NCBI RefSeq assembly: GCF_003704095.1
Contig: NW_020845948.1
Coordinates: 1-64,000 of the forward strand
DNA from: Pocillopora damicornis
Lineage: Eukaryota
DNA length: 64,000 bases
Direction: 5' to 3'
Position numbers and translations under genes: made by a program. The notes under the pieces were generated by a model. The model saw only the letters and a list, made by a program, of their open reading frames with translations, was not told the DNA's origin and ran no database searches. Position 1 is the stretch's first letter. Every line of letters starts with the position of its first letter. Positions 37,101 through 49,900 of the stretch are shown here, piece after piece.

Positions 37101-38081
37101 GGCAACGGAGTGGGGATCAGTCGTCGCCAACAGAGTATAAAGTAAGGGGAAGGGGGGGCATAGAATATTGACTGCCAGTTTACTACAAATCAGAGTGGGA
37201 GTCACAAGAATATTAAGGAACCTTATTGGGGGATCAGGTTAATTTTATCAGGACACGACAAAAATCCTCCAGACTAAAACCCTTCCCCCAGATACAGCGT
37301 TTGGAAAAGGAGAGCTATACCTCAACGACAATCAATTCAGCACCCGACACAGGTATCAATGACAGGAGTGTTGTTATACTGATGTCATGTTGTTTATAAG
37401 GTACGGGATTATTAAAAACCCATTTCCTTGTTTTAGCATTTCTACTGGGTTGTCCTTAACCTTACTCTTGGTTACAGTGTAATAGCTTTTTGTCTTAAAA
37501 CAAAACTTAATCGACCTGGAAATGTAAAGAAGATAACACGCACTATGTTGATCATGAAAACAACTTTTAAAAGCTGTTAAAAAACCGGAGGGGAAAAAAA
37601 TTACATGTTACACAATCATCGGGTGGGTACACACTTCTAGACCCCAGGTTAATACAGAGTTTGAAATTGTAGCCTATTTTTCAGTGTCCTCTTGCCGTTT
37701 AAATTAACGAAGCTTACTTGACGATCAGATCGAACAAAATCACGGGAGATTACATCTGCACTATTTAGTACAATCGTATACTGACTAGAACCTTTCATTT
37801 AAGGTGCTGTAAAGCGTCCTCTTGAGGACGGTACGTACTTCACTCCTGCTAAGACCAATGACAAGTTTGAATACTACACCGAGCACTATTCCCCAGACCC
37901 CTATGTGGCGGCTGCGCAGAGAGAGGAATGGATGAGCTCGAACGGTGTTTCCCCGTCACCATCTCTTAGCCGGAAATCAAAGAAACCGGAAGTAAAAGAA
38001 GAAAAGGAAGTCATTAAGGTTCTGAAGAAATCTAACATAAAGGATAAGAAGCGTGTGACACACAACAACCCGAAACATTGA
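32331..38081 (+). CDS. Secreted protein with three ShKT domains and low-complexity linkers, ~402 aa
   Basis: Exons 32331-32385 (signal MVYLCFFCIILSSFLVLI), 33353-33373, 33611-33727 (CHDRFQNCETWKRSGFC...CAKTCGFC), 34349-34564, 35207-35326 (CRDRFVPQTCQKWKDADIC...CSMTCRFC), 36188-36307 (CRDTYRENPYCNEWKTRGFC...CPKTCGFC), 36608-36889 and 37804-38081; 1209 nt in frame. Confidence 0.85.
33880..34200. mobile_element. Penelope-derived repeat with a degenerate hammerhead core (intronic)
   Basis: Minus-strand CTGACGAagggctgacgctcGAAACATC at ~33910-33943. Plus-strand tail ctcccactgacgcagaaccacagtttctttagaaact. Confidence 0.7.
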
Positions 38082-40252
38082 TGGAAACTATGTTCCCTTT
38101 GATTTACTAACTCTGTAGAATCTTAAAAGCCAGGTATTTAACACTGTGATGAGTTGTTAGTGAAATAACATACGATGATACGCTCTTGTGGAGGAAAGAT
38201 AGCTCTTTTGGAAGAAACTCGATTTCTGCCAACACTTTGTAGTTACTGATCAACTGTATGGCTGCTGTGCAAGCAAATATAGTGTAATCTGTTGATTGGA
38301 TGAAAGATGCGTTGATCAAAATTCTTGTTTATAAGCTGACGACCTTGCAATAAATGGACACCTTCCAAAATTTATGTGACCGTTGGCCTGTCGCTGTGAC
38401 ATAAGTCTTATGAAGATACTTTTCTCCACGTTCAAGTTTGAAAAATGTCATCTCATCAAAAATTACTCAGAATTAAAAAAAAATGATAAACTGATCAAAC
38501 GTTTTGGCTCATTGCTGTACCGTCTAGCTATTTCCCCTCCCCCCCCCAACATACTCGCTCCCGTTGATCAGCGGTCAGCCAAACTGAAGTGGTGTAAACT
38601 GAGTAACTGGGCATCTTTGATTTTGTATTGATGATTCGACTTAATTTTCAGACTCCATCGGATTGGCCAGCAGTTACCGGTGGAAAAAAGCTTGTGTCTT
38701 TAAGTTGAATGTGCTACCTGTAAAACAACCAGTGAATATTATTCTAGTCTACTTGTGAGGGTTGTATCAAATGAGGACGCTTGACAAAGCTGTTAAGAAA
38801 ATGTTGCGTTCTGCCTGAAAGCATAACTGTTTCAGACAATACTTGAAAATCTCTTTAAAGGTTTTTGTGTGGTTTACAAATTGCGATGAACCTTACTCAA
38901 AAATTGTGACGATTTATTTTTTGCCATTTTACATACGGTTCTGTGCCACGACCACGTCTAAAAACTCAAAAAGAATTTCGCCCTTGAAACAAAGGAAAGC
39001 ACACTAATTTTAATTTACAAATTGAGGGGAAAAATGATGTTTCCGTTTTTTTGAGGTTAAAATGCACTGAAGTGGGTTTCGCTGACACAACACAATCTGA
39101 CCTGTCACTTACAAATGATTGAATAAGTTGCCTTTAAAGCTTGTCAAAAAAACCCTGAGATGTTGAGTTTTGTTGTCAGTTAAGCGGTTGATATTAAAAA
39201 ATCACATAAAAAATTAACCACTTTGCTTCCTCATAGAGACCTTACTTAAAATTCGAAGGAATCAATTTGTTTATTTGACCAGTGCAGGTAAAAGACATGT
39301 TTTTGTGATTTGTATTTATTTGTTTTTATCAAAGATATCACACAGGCTTACGATACTAAACGTAACCACACTCAAAAGCGCCTCTTGAAAGCTCTTAAGG
39401 GTAAGTGGACCTTTTCATTATCGCAACCAGGGACAAGAAGTGTTAAGACCAGGTTGGAAGATTAGCAACAGGTATTCAAGAGGCAGAGAGTAAACATCAA
39501 ATGGCTATAACCTGACTGGGAAATCTTAGCAGTCCTCGCGATAGAATTTGTGCCATAAAAGTTTGATTTTCGAGCTTGAGTGAGAAAAATAATGAACAAA
39601 CTCAGCTATAGAGTTGTCCAGGATATTAACAGATGGACTGCTTTGAAGTATTTATCCACTGCTTACTCAACGGAATCAAAATCGATCAAACAGACTGCAG
39701 TTAGTAATTTATTCATTGCGACTAACCCAGAATTTTGTCAAATAACATACGACGACATTTTTATTGACGACTAGAAAAAGTTCAATACCAGTTATAAGTG
39801 TATTTGAGTCATCCGGGATCGCTTCATTATGGATAGCTCGGGTTTTTTACCGGTTGCGAAGCAGTGCGTAAGCGTAAAGGATAGAAACTTAATATGGAGA
39901 GTTCATAAGCTTGCCGAAACTGATCGGAAATGAAGGGGGATTAGCAGGCTGCAGAGCTGACCGTTTTCTTCACTGACTCGTTCATTCAGTCATCAAGAAA
40001 CCACATATTCAATGTAGCTTGTAAAGAAAGGACTGCTTAGCTAAATCTAAGCTTGTTATTTTTGTTTTGTTGTTTTTTTAAAACACTTGTTAATCTCGTG
40101 CCGTTGCCCTCATTGTCACTATATATAAAAAAAATCACGAAAAATGAAAACTCAATCACGTTTGGCTTTTTGATTGACACTAAATGAAAAACTGTTTGAG
40201 CTAAATCTACAACAGTTTTCTTCAGGAGGTCGCTGACATCTATGTTCCCAAG

Positions 40253-41859
40253 ATGATAATAGCTGCCTTGTTGTTCACGTGCTGCGCCTTTCTATCACGA
40301 ACGGGTGAGTTATACAGGCGACAACGAGTTAGCGTGATTGTTTTATTTTTGTTTTCGTTTTTCTTATTTGCTTTGTATCTTTCTCAATAAGTTATTTAGT
40401 TCTTACTTACATTATGTCTCTCAGACGGCAAGATATCACTGACAAAAAGCAACCTCTTCCGTCGTTCATATATCGGGGAAACCAAAGGTAATAAATAATA
40501 AATAAATAATAAATAAATAAATAATAAAGCCCAAAAGTTAGTCTACACCGGCAGCATAATATTCATTTCATCAAAGTCAGTCGATTGCACTAATTTTTAT
40601 CGCATGATTTAGGGACTGCAGGTAACCATGAATTATTTTTCACTAGGGATAGATACACCAACTTCTCATTAGATGTTGAACTATTCAAAGTTCTTCAGTA
40701 AATTTTATAACATACTAAACAAATTGTCTAGTTCCTGATTGGCTAATCAGATTTACCAAACACTTTAGTCTAAGTCTCTCTTAGTGGTAGTCCAGGTATA
40801 CCCGCGAACTTCTGTAAGAAGAGGATTGCAGGCGCACTAAAACATCAAGTACCAGAGACTGAACCTAGACACGGGTGTACTTATTTCATAGGATGCGATA
40901 AAGTTTGCCAGAAGGAATGCATTCAAGTGCACAACAAATACAGAGCTAACCATGATGCACCACCGCTGGCTTTTGACCAGAAGCTGGCAGACGAAGCACA
41001 AGCTTTGATTGACAAGGGAGTTTTTAAACATTCTGAGTGGGTGGAGTTAAAAAATAAAGGCGCTGCGTTTGCGTGGGGTTCTCTTTTCCCATCATTCACT
41101 GCTGTTATCAAGAACTGGCACGACGAAGGAGCATATTATGATTATCAGACTGGCGCACCAAAGAAAAACTCACAGGTTGCGTTAAAGTAAAAAATTTTAT
41201 TTGTACGAAGTGACTAAGCAGTGTCGCTTGAACGCAATACGGAATTACTTTGGTTTTTCGTCAATGTACTCATTTTTTTTCTATTTAGCATTTCAAGTTC
41301 ATCCAGCTTAGACCTCGGACCTACAAAGGCTCCGAAATGTCTGCTTAACATTCGCTTTCTTGCTTGATTTAGGTGGTGGATCACTTTATGCAAATGATGT
41401 GGAAGAAGGCTCGTAAAATAGGCTGTGCGCGTGGCGGTTTGTATGGTGAACCTTGGTATGTGGCTCACTATGATCAGGCTCCAATCTCTCAAAAGCAAAA
41501 CACTGTGGAGAACATTGAAAGACCAAAACAGGTAATGAAAAATTATTATTGATCGATATCCTCGTGCATAAAATTTACTCTCTATTTTTCATATTATTGG
41601 ATAAAAAGATTCCGCAAAGTGACGGTGGAATCAGCACGTTAAGGAGATGAGCTAGTTAGGACACGGCACCTATTGCGCAGACCAACAACAAAACCCCGTG
41701 CATTGCGCAGTCCTGGGACCGGAAGGAAAAAAAAACAGGGGGGTAGTAAGCTGAGACTTTTGGTCATATCACTATTTATTTACCCAACAGGATGACAGTG
41801 AGTGGTTCAAAGATGATTCGCCATTCTCTGAGGAGCTGGCTAACATGCAACATGTCTAA
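40253..41859 (+). CDS. Secreted CAP (SCP/PR-1/GAPR-1-like) domain protein, ~208 aa
   Basis: Exons 40253-40304 (MIIAALLFTCCAFLSRT), 40425-40487, 40892-41175, 41373-41531 and 41791-41859. Motifs HNKYRANHDAPPL, WHDE, DHFMQMMWKKARKIGCA and YVAHY. Confidence 0.88.
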
Positions 41860-42284
41860 GACAAGAATTTGCCTCTCCGGACTGATCACCCTGGATGATG
41901 AATCTTTTGAACTTTGAAACAAAAAAACAAGAAACTATATGTCAATCAAATTCATTATTTTTTCAACCGTTGGATTTACGGTGGAGAGCAGCATGTTCTC
42001 TTGATTTACACCAATCGTCCGACATCGTCCTACATCTTATTTGTTGTAATTACGAGGATATGTCATACAAATGTAATAAAGTTCTCTTTTCGTGGATACA
42101 TGGGAATTATACATTAGTCAAAACAAATCAGTTTTTTTCTAGTCATCAGAATACCATCACTTTCTGAAAGAAAGCAATTATTAAAAGAAACGCATTCCTT
42201 AATTGAAATGTATATATGGTAATCACATTTCAGTGGAAATAAATATATTTCCTCATCATAAAATTCGTGCAAGAGTGTAATTTC

Positions 42285-42505
42285 TGATCGTGTCGTCTGA
42301 TCGTCCAGGTGAGGAAAGTCCTGGGAACTACTGTTGTCTATAGTAGTTGACTGACGTTTGGAAAACCTCAAAAGAAAAGAGAGTAAAAACCTCAGCGGAT
42401 GTCACTCAACTGCGACTCTAACATTCTCGAAACGTCAATCGCTACAATCGGCATCAGTCCTTCTCAGGAATACCCTCACCCTTATGACCAGACCACACGT
42501 TCAAA
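42285..42505. mobile_element. Inverted-repeat element of a second Penelope-like family with eroded hammerhead cores
   Basis: Arms gtcgtctgatcgtccaggtgaggaaagtcctgggaa and ttctcaggaataccctcacccttatgaccagaccac are imperfect reverse complements. Residual CGAAACGTC is present. Confidence 0.55.
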
Positions 42506-43397
42506 TTTTACCCCCCCCCCCCCCCCCCAGTTCAAATCACTGAATTACAGTCGAATAATTTCTACAAATCACCATATATCGTTTGTTTCTAAGTTTACGA
42601 TGTCCATGGTAATATCCGTTTTTCGATGAACAGGATACGTCATTCCAGGGCAATAGGAAACTCTCGCAAAACAGGACGTCAACAGCAACTTGCGATGAAA
42701 CAAAAGATCCGATTTAGATCAAGAAGAGTTCTCAAGTGTGTATTAAAACTTTGTAAATTTCCTTGTTCGCTGTCCTCCTCGAAACAACGTGGTATTGTTT
42801 AAATTTTGTTTAGTCTGAGAGCAAGAACTTCAAAAACAAATGTAGACTTTTCTACTTGGACTGGGCAACGTCTTAACGTGTTACGTTGAAGAGGAGATCT
42901 GGCACCACTAAGGAGCGTAAAACATCGAGCTTCTCCCGAAAATTCTTAAGACTACTGCAAGTTCATGTCTAGATCATTACTGTCCTCGCCATTCGCCTCA
43001 TCACTGTGTTAAGTGTTCACGCAGATGCGTCAGTAGTAACACACAACGTTAATTCACTTACTCCGCTCCCGCACGTTGCATATTTAGGGAAAGTTACTGC
43101 GATCACAATATTCGATGCTCGATGTTCTTGGGGATGGCATCCTTAGTTTGCATTTCTTTCCAGTAGGGCGAACTGTCCATGAACCAGTTTAGATCAGGCT
43201 AGTTGACGAAGAAGGAATGATTATTACCCAAGTTAATCAGTTGAATGAAGAAACCTAGACTTCAACATAATCATATTTTCCTACTCAACAATGATACCAA
43301 TGACAAGAACGCCGGGGACGATGACAACGATAACGTAAAGTACATTGATGCTGTTAACAAAAACGACTTCATGATCAAGGAGAGTTAGAATTACGCG

Positions 43398-43534
43398 GGA
43401 TCAATATCAATATCTGGGCAACTGCCCACCTACCCCTCCCCTAACCCAACATTAACCCTAGCTTGTTATCAGTTGACTGTTGTTGAGTTAGGGGAGGGGT
43501 AAGTGGGCAATTGCCCAGATACTGATATTGATCC
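43398..43534. mobile_element. Palindromic MITE, possible 8-bp target-site duplication
   Basis: ggatcaatatcaatatctgggcaactgcccacctacccctccccta... and ...taggggaggggtaagtgggcaattgcccagatactgatattgatcc. Flanks are attacgcg and attacacg. Confidence 0.85.
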
Positions 43535-43955
43535 ATTACACGGAATCGTAAATAGATACTACGACTTTGATTTCTTTATATTATAGTAAGCGACACCGTT
43601 ATCGATGTAGTTGTCGACGTTGTAAACTGTAATTGCTTCGTCATAGTTAAACATCGTCGCTATAGCTGTAAAACACCGCCATAATGGTTTCTTTTGTTAC
43701 TGTTATTTTTATAACTATAAGGACGTCATTACTTACAAGGTTGACGGTAACGACAGAAAATACGATGGCCATAATCGCAATAAAGTTAAAGTTAAGACGA
43801 TAACACTGATTGTGACGACGTCAACAAGAAAGACGAAAAATACAACGATAATGACACTACTAGCGATAAAATAACGGTGACAATTACGATTACCATAACG
43901 ATAACAAAAACTAGAATTTACAAAGGAGATTTGAAAAGTATTAGCACTTATAATA

Positions 43956-46900
43956 TTACTTAGCCTTTCGTGTCCTGTTGTATTTTTGGTGCTGTCGGCT
44001 AAGCCTCGTGTGTCGCATCTACAAAATCATTTCATTTGAGGTTTATGAAAGACCCTCTCCTCTCCCCTCCCCTATGATTCACTGCTTACCTCCTTTGGTT
44101 CACCTACGTTGGACTTGTCAAAACCTGGTACGCCCGCTATGACTCCTGGGGTATCCATTTGTGCAATGTAATATGGTTCGCCATTCACGATAGTTTTGCC
44201 ACATCCAAGTAAATGTGCTCCCTTCCAAACCACCTAGAAATTAAAAAACCCGAATAATAAACCTACAAAATCAAACGAAACATTGACCTCTAATTTCTCC
44301 CATTGAGGAATTTAATTCATGTTACATCATTCGGATTTAGAACATTTTGCTTTTGATGTTACCATCTCTGAAATAGAATCGAGGAATGAAGTTATCGTTA
44401 GGCTTTACCTTATAACTTTTTATCGTTTTATTGAAATTCGAAGGTTAATATAAAAATGGGGTCACCACACTAGTTAATGATGATAGCTACGAATTCCCAT
44501 TACATCAACCTTTATGACAATAATTTCTATCTTGAAGTAAAAACTTGTCCACATCATTTTACAAGAAAATGACTGGCGAGCCTCGGCGGTAAAGACAGTC
44601 ACGCGGGGAAATACAGTCCAACTTGTACAAAGCAGCACGGTATTAAGCGGCCACCCTGTTCTAAGCGGTCGGTTGTCAAAGTCCCGAATTTGTTTTCCCT
44701 TCAATCACTGTCATTTTTACCTCTATTCAACGGTCATCTCTATTAAGCGGACGTGGTCACCTTTGAGTGAGTCGTAACGGTCTGTTTGTGTTGTCCTCCA
44801 CCCGTAGTTAACGGTCACTTAAACCGTAACCACTCAAATAAAATTAATAATAATATTTGAAGTGAATTCAACCCATCCCTCCCGAAATCAATGTCAGTGG
44901 TATTTTTGAGTGAGTCTTTGTCGATTAAGTGGTCAATTATGGCGTAAAAAAGCAATTTTTTATCGTTTTTTACATCACCCCTTTTCTGTACATTACCGCC
45001 ATTCCCCGTGGTTAGCCGATTAGTATACAGGTTTGACTGTACGCGAAACAATGAATAAAAATGCTACACTGAAAGACCGACAAAACGATAAACTGCTGTC
45101 TCTTTTTGGCTTCATTCATACTCTTAATAACTTAAGCTTAAAAATTGTAGAAATAGAAAACATTCACATCCACACCTGAGTAAAGTGATTGACTTTCATA
45201 TCTCCGATGGCAGTTCCAGTTGACCAATCAAAATCCTTCTCTTCGTCGTGCCAAGCTTTAACTGCGGCAGTGAACGAAGGGTAAAGGCTACCCAGCGCGA
45301 TTGTCTCCCCACCCTGCCCCCCTGCCCAGGGGGAATGTTTAAACACTTTTTTATCAGCCCACTGTTGAGCCTGATCAGCCAATGTTTGGTCCAATATCAA
45401 GGGTGATGCACCATGGTTTAAACGATATCTGTTGTGAGCCGCCAGACATTCTTGTTGACACGAGCTGTTACAACCTTAAATAAACAATGGCTGAGGTTGC
45501 GACCTACGTACGTAACTTTAAACTTTTATTCTGGCATAGACCAAGACACTTAGTATTTTACTAGGAAAATCGCGACTCTATTTTTGAATGAGAATTCGAA
45601 ACCAAACCATTTAGGCGATTTGGCGACTCTCTTATTATCTTTCTTTAATGACTGATTAATTTTAATCCAACAAACAAACCTTTTCACGGATACGGTTATG
45701 ATAATGAAAAATAAAAATATTAATTTTGCATTTCTGCTCTTCAAAATCCTCTCTTGAATTTGTTATTGACGGATGTTTTTGGAGGTGATTTGAAGAAATA
45801 CGTCATAAAGCGTAAGAGTGTCTCTTTGGTAATGACTGCAAAACTAATAGTTTACTATGCATAAGTTAAATAATCCTTTTAACACTTAGCAAGAACATTT
45901 CAAAATCATATGATGTAGCCACTGTTGATATCCAACAATTCAAAAGAATCACTTTTTTTATTGGATTTACCAAGGATAAGAAAAAATAATAACAAAATTC
46001 CTTTTAAATCAACCATTACCAGTTGTTGAGACGGGTTCCTCTTCAGTCTTGCGGGCAGACGCAACGTCAACCAGTGCTAAATAATACAAGGAAAAGAAGT
46101 TTGATAAATATTTCCTCCACTTTAAGAACAGATTAAGTTTCAGTGATTGTTGAATTTTTTTAAAATAGCATCTTAAATGGAAGTTTTCTACTTCTTCAAT
46201 CTTGATGAAACTAACTATAAGGCGAACCATTTGAATATAAATATTCACTTTTTCCGACGACTTTTCACATCAATAATTAGGATTATTCTGAAATTATCCA
46301 TAACTGTTTGCAGACCACATTGGCTATAAGGAAGATTTTTTCAAACATCTTTCCAATTTTTAAGAGTATCACTTGTGACCTATAAGGCCCCTCGAGAGCT
46401 TAAATTGAAGAATATTTTTAAAAAAATCTCTGTCGTACGTGATGGCTTGAGCGAAGGTCATATGATAAAATGCTTATTGATTAATTTTGTCGGGCTGGAC
46501 TGGAAAATATTCAGTTTAAAGGAGCTAGCTGCGCTCGGTCCTTACGTCACGACTTTGAGCCGAATATTTTCCCACCCAGTTCACCACACCCAGTCATCAA
46601 GTAAATATTTATTTTCCACCTTGATCTCCTATAGTTTCTCTAGTTTTTGCTTCTTGGGTTTTTACTTTTTCCTTGCAGAGTCTTTGCCCACACGCTGGGT
46701 TACTCTTTGCCACAGCACTTATGTGCACCGGAGCTTGCAGCCTGTGTTTTAGTGCCTCGATACCTTCCATAATCAAGTTGTCTTCTCCCTGTGATCGATA
46801 GTTTTGGCTGTTAACTCTGTTTCCAGCAGGAAATAGACTTGACTGAAGTTCTGCTCCATTTAAATGAGACAAACCAAATTTAATGGGTCTTTTTATAAAG

Positions 46901-49900
46901 TTGTTAAGCTCGATGGGCACGCCCTGCTCACGAGGCAAAGAACTTGGTGTGTTAGGACCACTCTGATCCAAAAGTGAGGTTCTATTTTTTTGGACGAGGG
47001 TCTGACCAACGGATTTTAGAGTAAAATTGTGAATATTTTTTGCGCCAACTGTAAGAATTTGGTCATCCTGATTCTTGGAGGGTGAGCTTTCTGTTTCTTT
47101 AGTAAGATGCTTGTCTTGGGAAGACTTAGATGATGTCTTTGAAGCCTCTGTGGTATTCGTAGAGTTGGATTTAGTAAGTGATCCTACAAATGGCTCGAAG
47201 ACTTTAATCAACGAAATCTTCGGTTTTAGGGGTGTAATTTCTATGTTTTGCATGTCAAACTGTTGTTTTAGCTTAGGTTGGTCATTTAATTTGTTACTTT
47301 TATCAAACTTTGCTGGTGATGATGTCAATGAAATCCTTGCTTTCAGGGGTGTTATGTTTATTGTTTGCATATCAAACTGTGGTGTTAAGCGAGGTTGATC
47401 ATTTAGTATGTTATTTTCATTTGCCTTTTCTGATAACGTTGTCAGTGACACTTTTGCTTTCAGGGGTGTTATGTTTATAGTTTGATCATCAAACTGTGGT
47501 GTTAAATGCAGTTGATCATTTGATATGTTATCTTCAGTGGACTTTTCTGGTAATGATGCCGGCGGCTTTGACAATTGTGGAGCTTTAACATTAGCAGTGT
47601 TAGTGTTACCCGTGTTAGCCTGTAGAGGAGAATGTTGAGATACCACAGCTTCATTAGGTGCGTGTACTGGATCGGCCACTGCAACGAAAGCAAAACAAAA
47701 GGTATTTATGAATGACAAACTCAACGTTTTGAAATTGAAATATTTGCATAGATGATTTATAGTAGATTCGTTTCTCGGCTTTTTATGACTCTAAAGGCGC
47801 ATTTTCACCAGTGCTTTTTTTTTTCTTTCAAAGCGTACTTGTCAAACGCGGTTGTCAAGGAAAAGGGCGGAGGGATATTTCCGATTCATCTCATCATAAG
47901 TAACGTTCTGCGATCAATTAGTTATACAGATCCATTATCGCATTAGAATCATTAAAGACAATAGGAAGCATTCTCCTGGTACAACAATTATTATAAAGTA
48001 TTTGAAAGTTACAGTTTTAGGCAGGTGGCAGACTAAGACCTATTTTTTGTTTTGCAAGTGCGTAATGTGGCCGAGTGTTTCATGAAATGAGATGCATGAT
48101 TACTGGGAAATTTTAGTTTGCCAGGGTAACCTACTTTTCCTATTCTCGATTGTAAGGGTCTCGCTTTTAATGAACCATTTACTTACCACAGAAACCGCAT
48201 GTCCTTTTACAAACCATTTTCATTTCATTTTCTTTCTTTTCACAATAGCCTTGAGCTTGCCATCTGGGACAGCTGAATTGATATTTAGGCATATCTTGGC
48301 AGGGTTCTTAAGAAAATAATCTACAATTAGTGATAAATCAGTACGCTGCATCTTTTCAAGAAGTAGTGAGTAACCTGAGAAGAGATAAAGTCCCGAGGGA
48401 TAGTAATTCCAAAATATTGTGATTGGAGTGATCGAAGTACCTTCTTTGAAATAGAATCACCGGTTATATGTCATTAAGGATGCTTTGCAACTTCAGGAGT
48501 AGTGATTCGTGATCCCACACACCTATGAGAGGCATTATTAGCTGTTCGAGAGTTGGTGCCTCTTAGAGGTGATGATGAATCTGAGACCAGTTCATAATAC
48601 GCTACTTGGTACCTGGTAAGGTCACCCTTTAAAGGTGCGGTGACCTTCACTATTTTGTAATAGAGTTGACGTGGTACAACTGAAGTTACAGTTACACGTT
48701 GCGAACTCACACACAGAAATACCTCTCGTTCAGTGGGTGATAAATGAGTGATATCAAGCACTGTTACCCTTAATTCATCATGAATTAACCAACACTTACC
48801 ATCTTGGGCCACACTTTGGGCTTTTTTGTGATTTTCACTTTCTTTGATGACCGAAGGAAGACCTACAACCAGAAAGAACATTCTGCAGCATTTATCAAAG
48901 CCTTGTCATGAAAAGTGTCTCGTGAGTTTCTTTGTCTTTTTATTATATTTGGCAACAGCTTCATGAAATATCAACATTTATGGGTAAGATTCCCGGCAAA
49001 GAGTTCGATTCCTATCCGTATAATCATATTTCTTAGCTATAGTAACCTTCGTCACTTCGCTATGGCCTGAGCACCAAAGGGTGAAGAAAATAGGAAACGC
49101 CTGAGACAGTTTGAAGAGGATTGAAGCCAGGATGGGCAAGGGTGTCAAGTAAAAAGTTGGAAAGTCTAGTTCAAAGTGAGAATGGCAGTGACAAAGGAAA
49201 GAGTTGCGTCGTTCTGTGAAGTTCACACAAGCTAAAAGCCATGAAGCGGGTAAGTAACAGGTTTCATAACGTGTTTATTCAAAGGCCGTTAAATCAAAGC
49301 TGTGAAGCTAAGTAGTGTGTTAGTAGATTGTAAGTAGTTGTACGGTTGAAATTTGCTCTTATTATGAGCTGCAAGTCAAAGACAACAAATGAGGATTCAG
49401 AAAGACTTTAAAATAATGCTTTTAGAATTACCACAATATCCACAGGTAGCTTTGCAATGTCTTCTCATAAATTCTGCGTATGCAGTTCCTCTGCAGTGTC
49501 CATGGTGAGCCCAAAGGTGACATTGTAAGGTGTCATCGTGACATTCTGAAGATACGATGGACAGATAAATCGCTGGTTAGTCATGTTCGTTTTAGGTGCT
49601 AGAATGTAATTGTTAATAGTCATTGATATTAATGTGCACCAGTTTGAACGCCAGCAACTTCGAGTGCAAACCAAGGTTTTGCTAGATAATAAATAATTGC
49701 ATAAAACTTTACTTCTTTTGTAAATATCTTCGTCGTCTTCGATTTTTTTTTTTTGATAAAAGATAACTGCCCCGCCATTGTCTGTCGCAGACGTCGTGGA
49801 AGATATTTCTAGTTGGGAGAGGGTGGGTCCTATACCAAGGTCATATTGGCAATCGGAAGGATGCCGGATCACTTAATTATTACAAATCATTACATATTTT

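Noticed and set aside
43280-43910. GAC/AAC/GAT-rich tract as a hidden acidic protein
   Set aside because: Frequent stops and mixed orientation; a decayed simple repeat downstream of the CAP gene.
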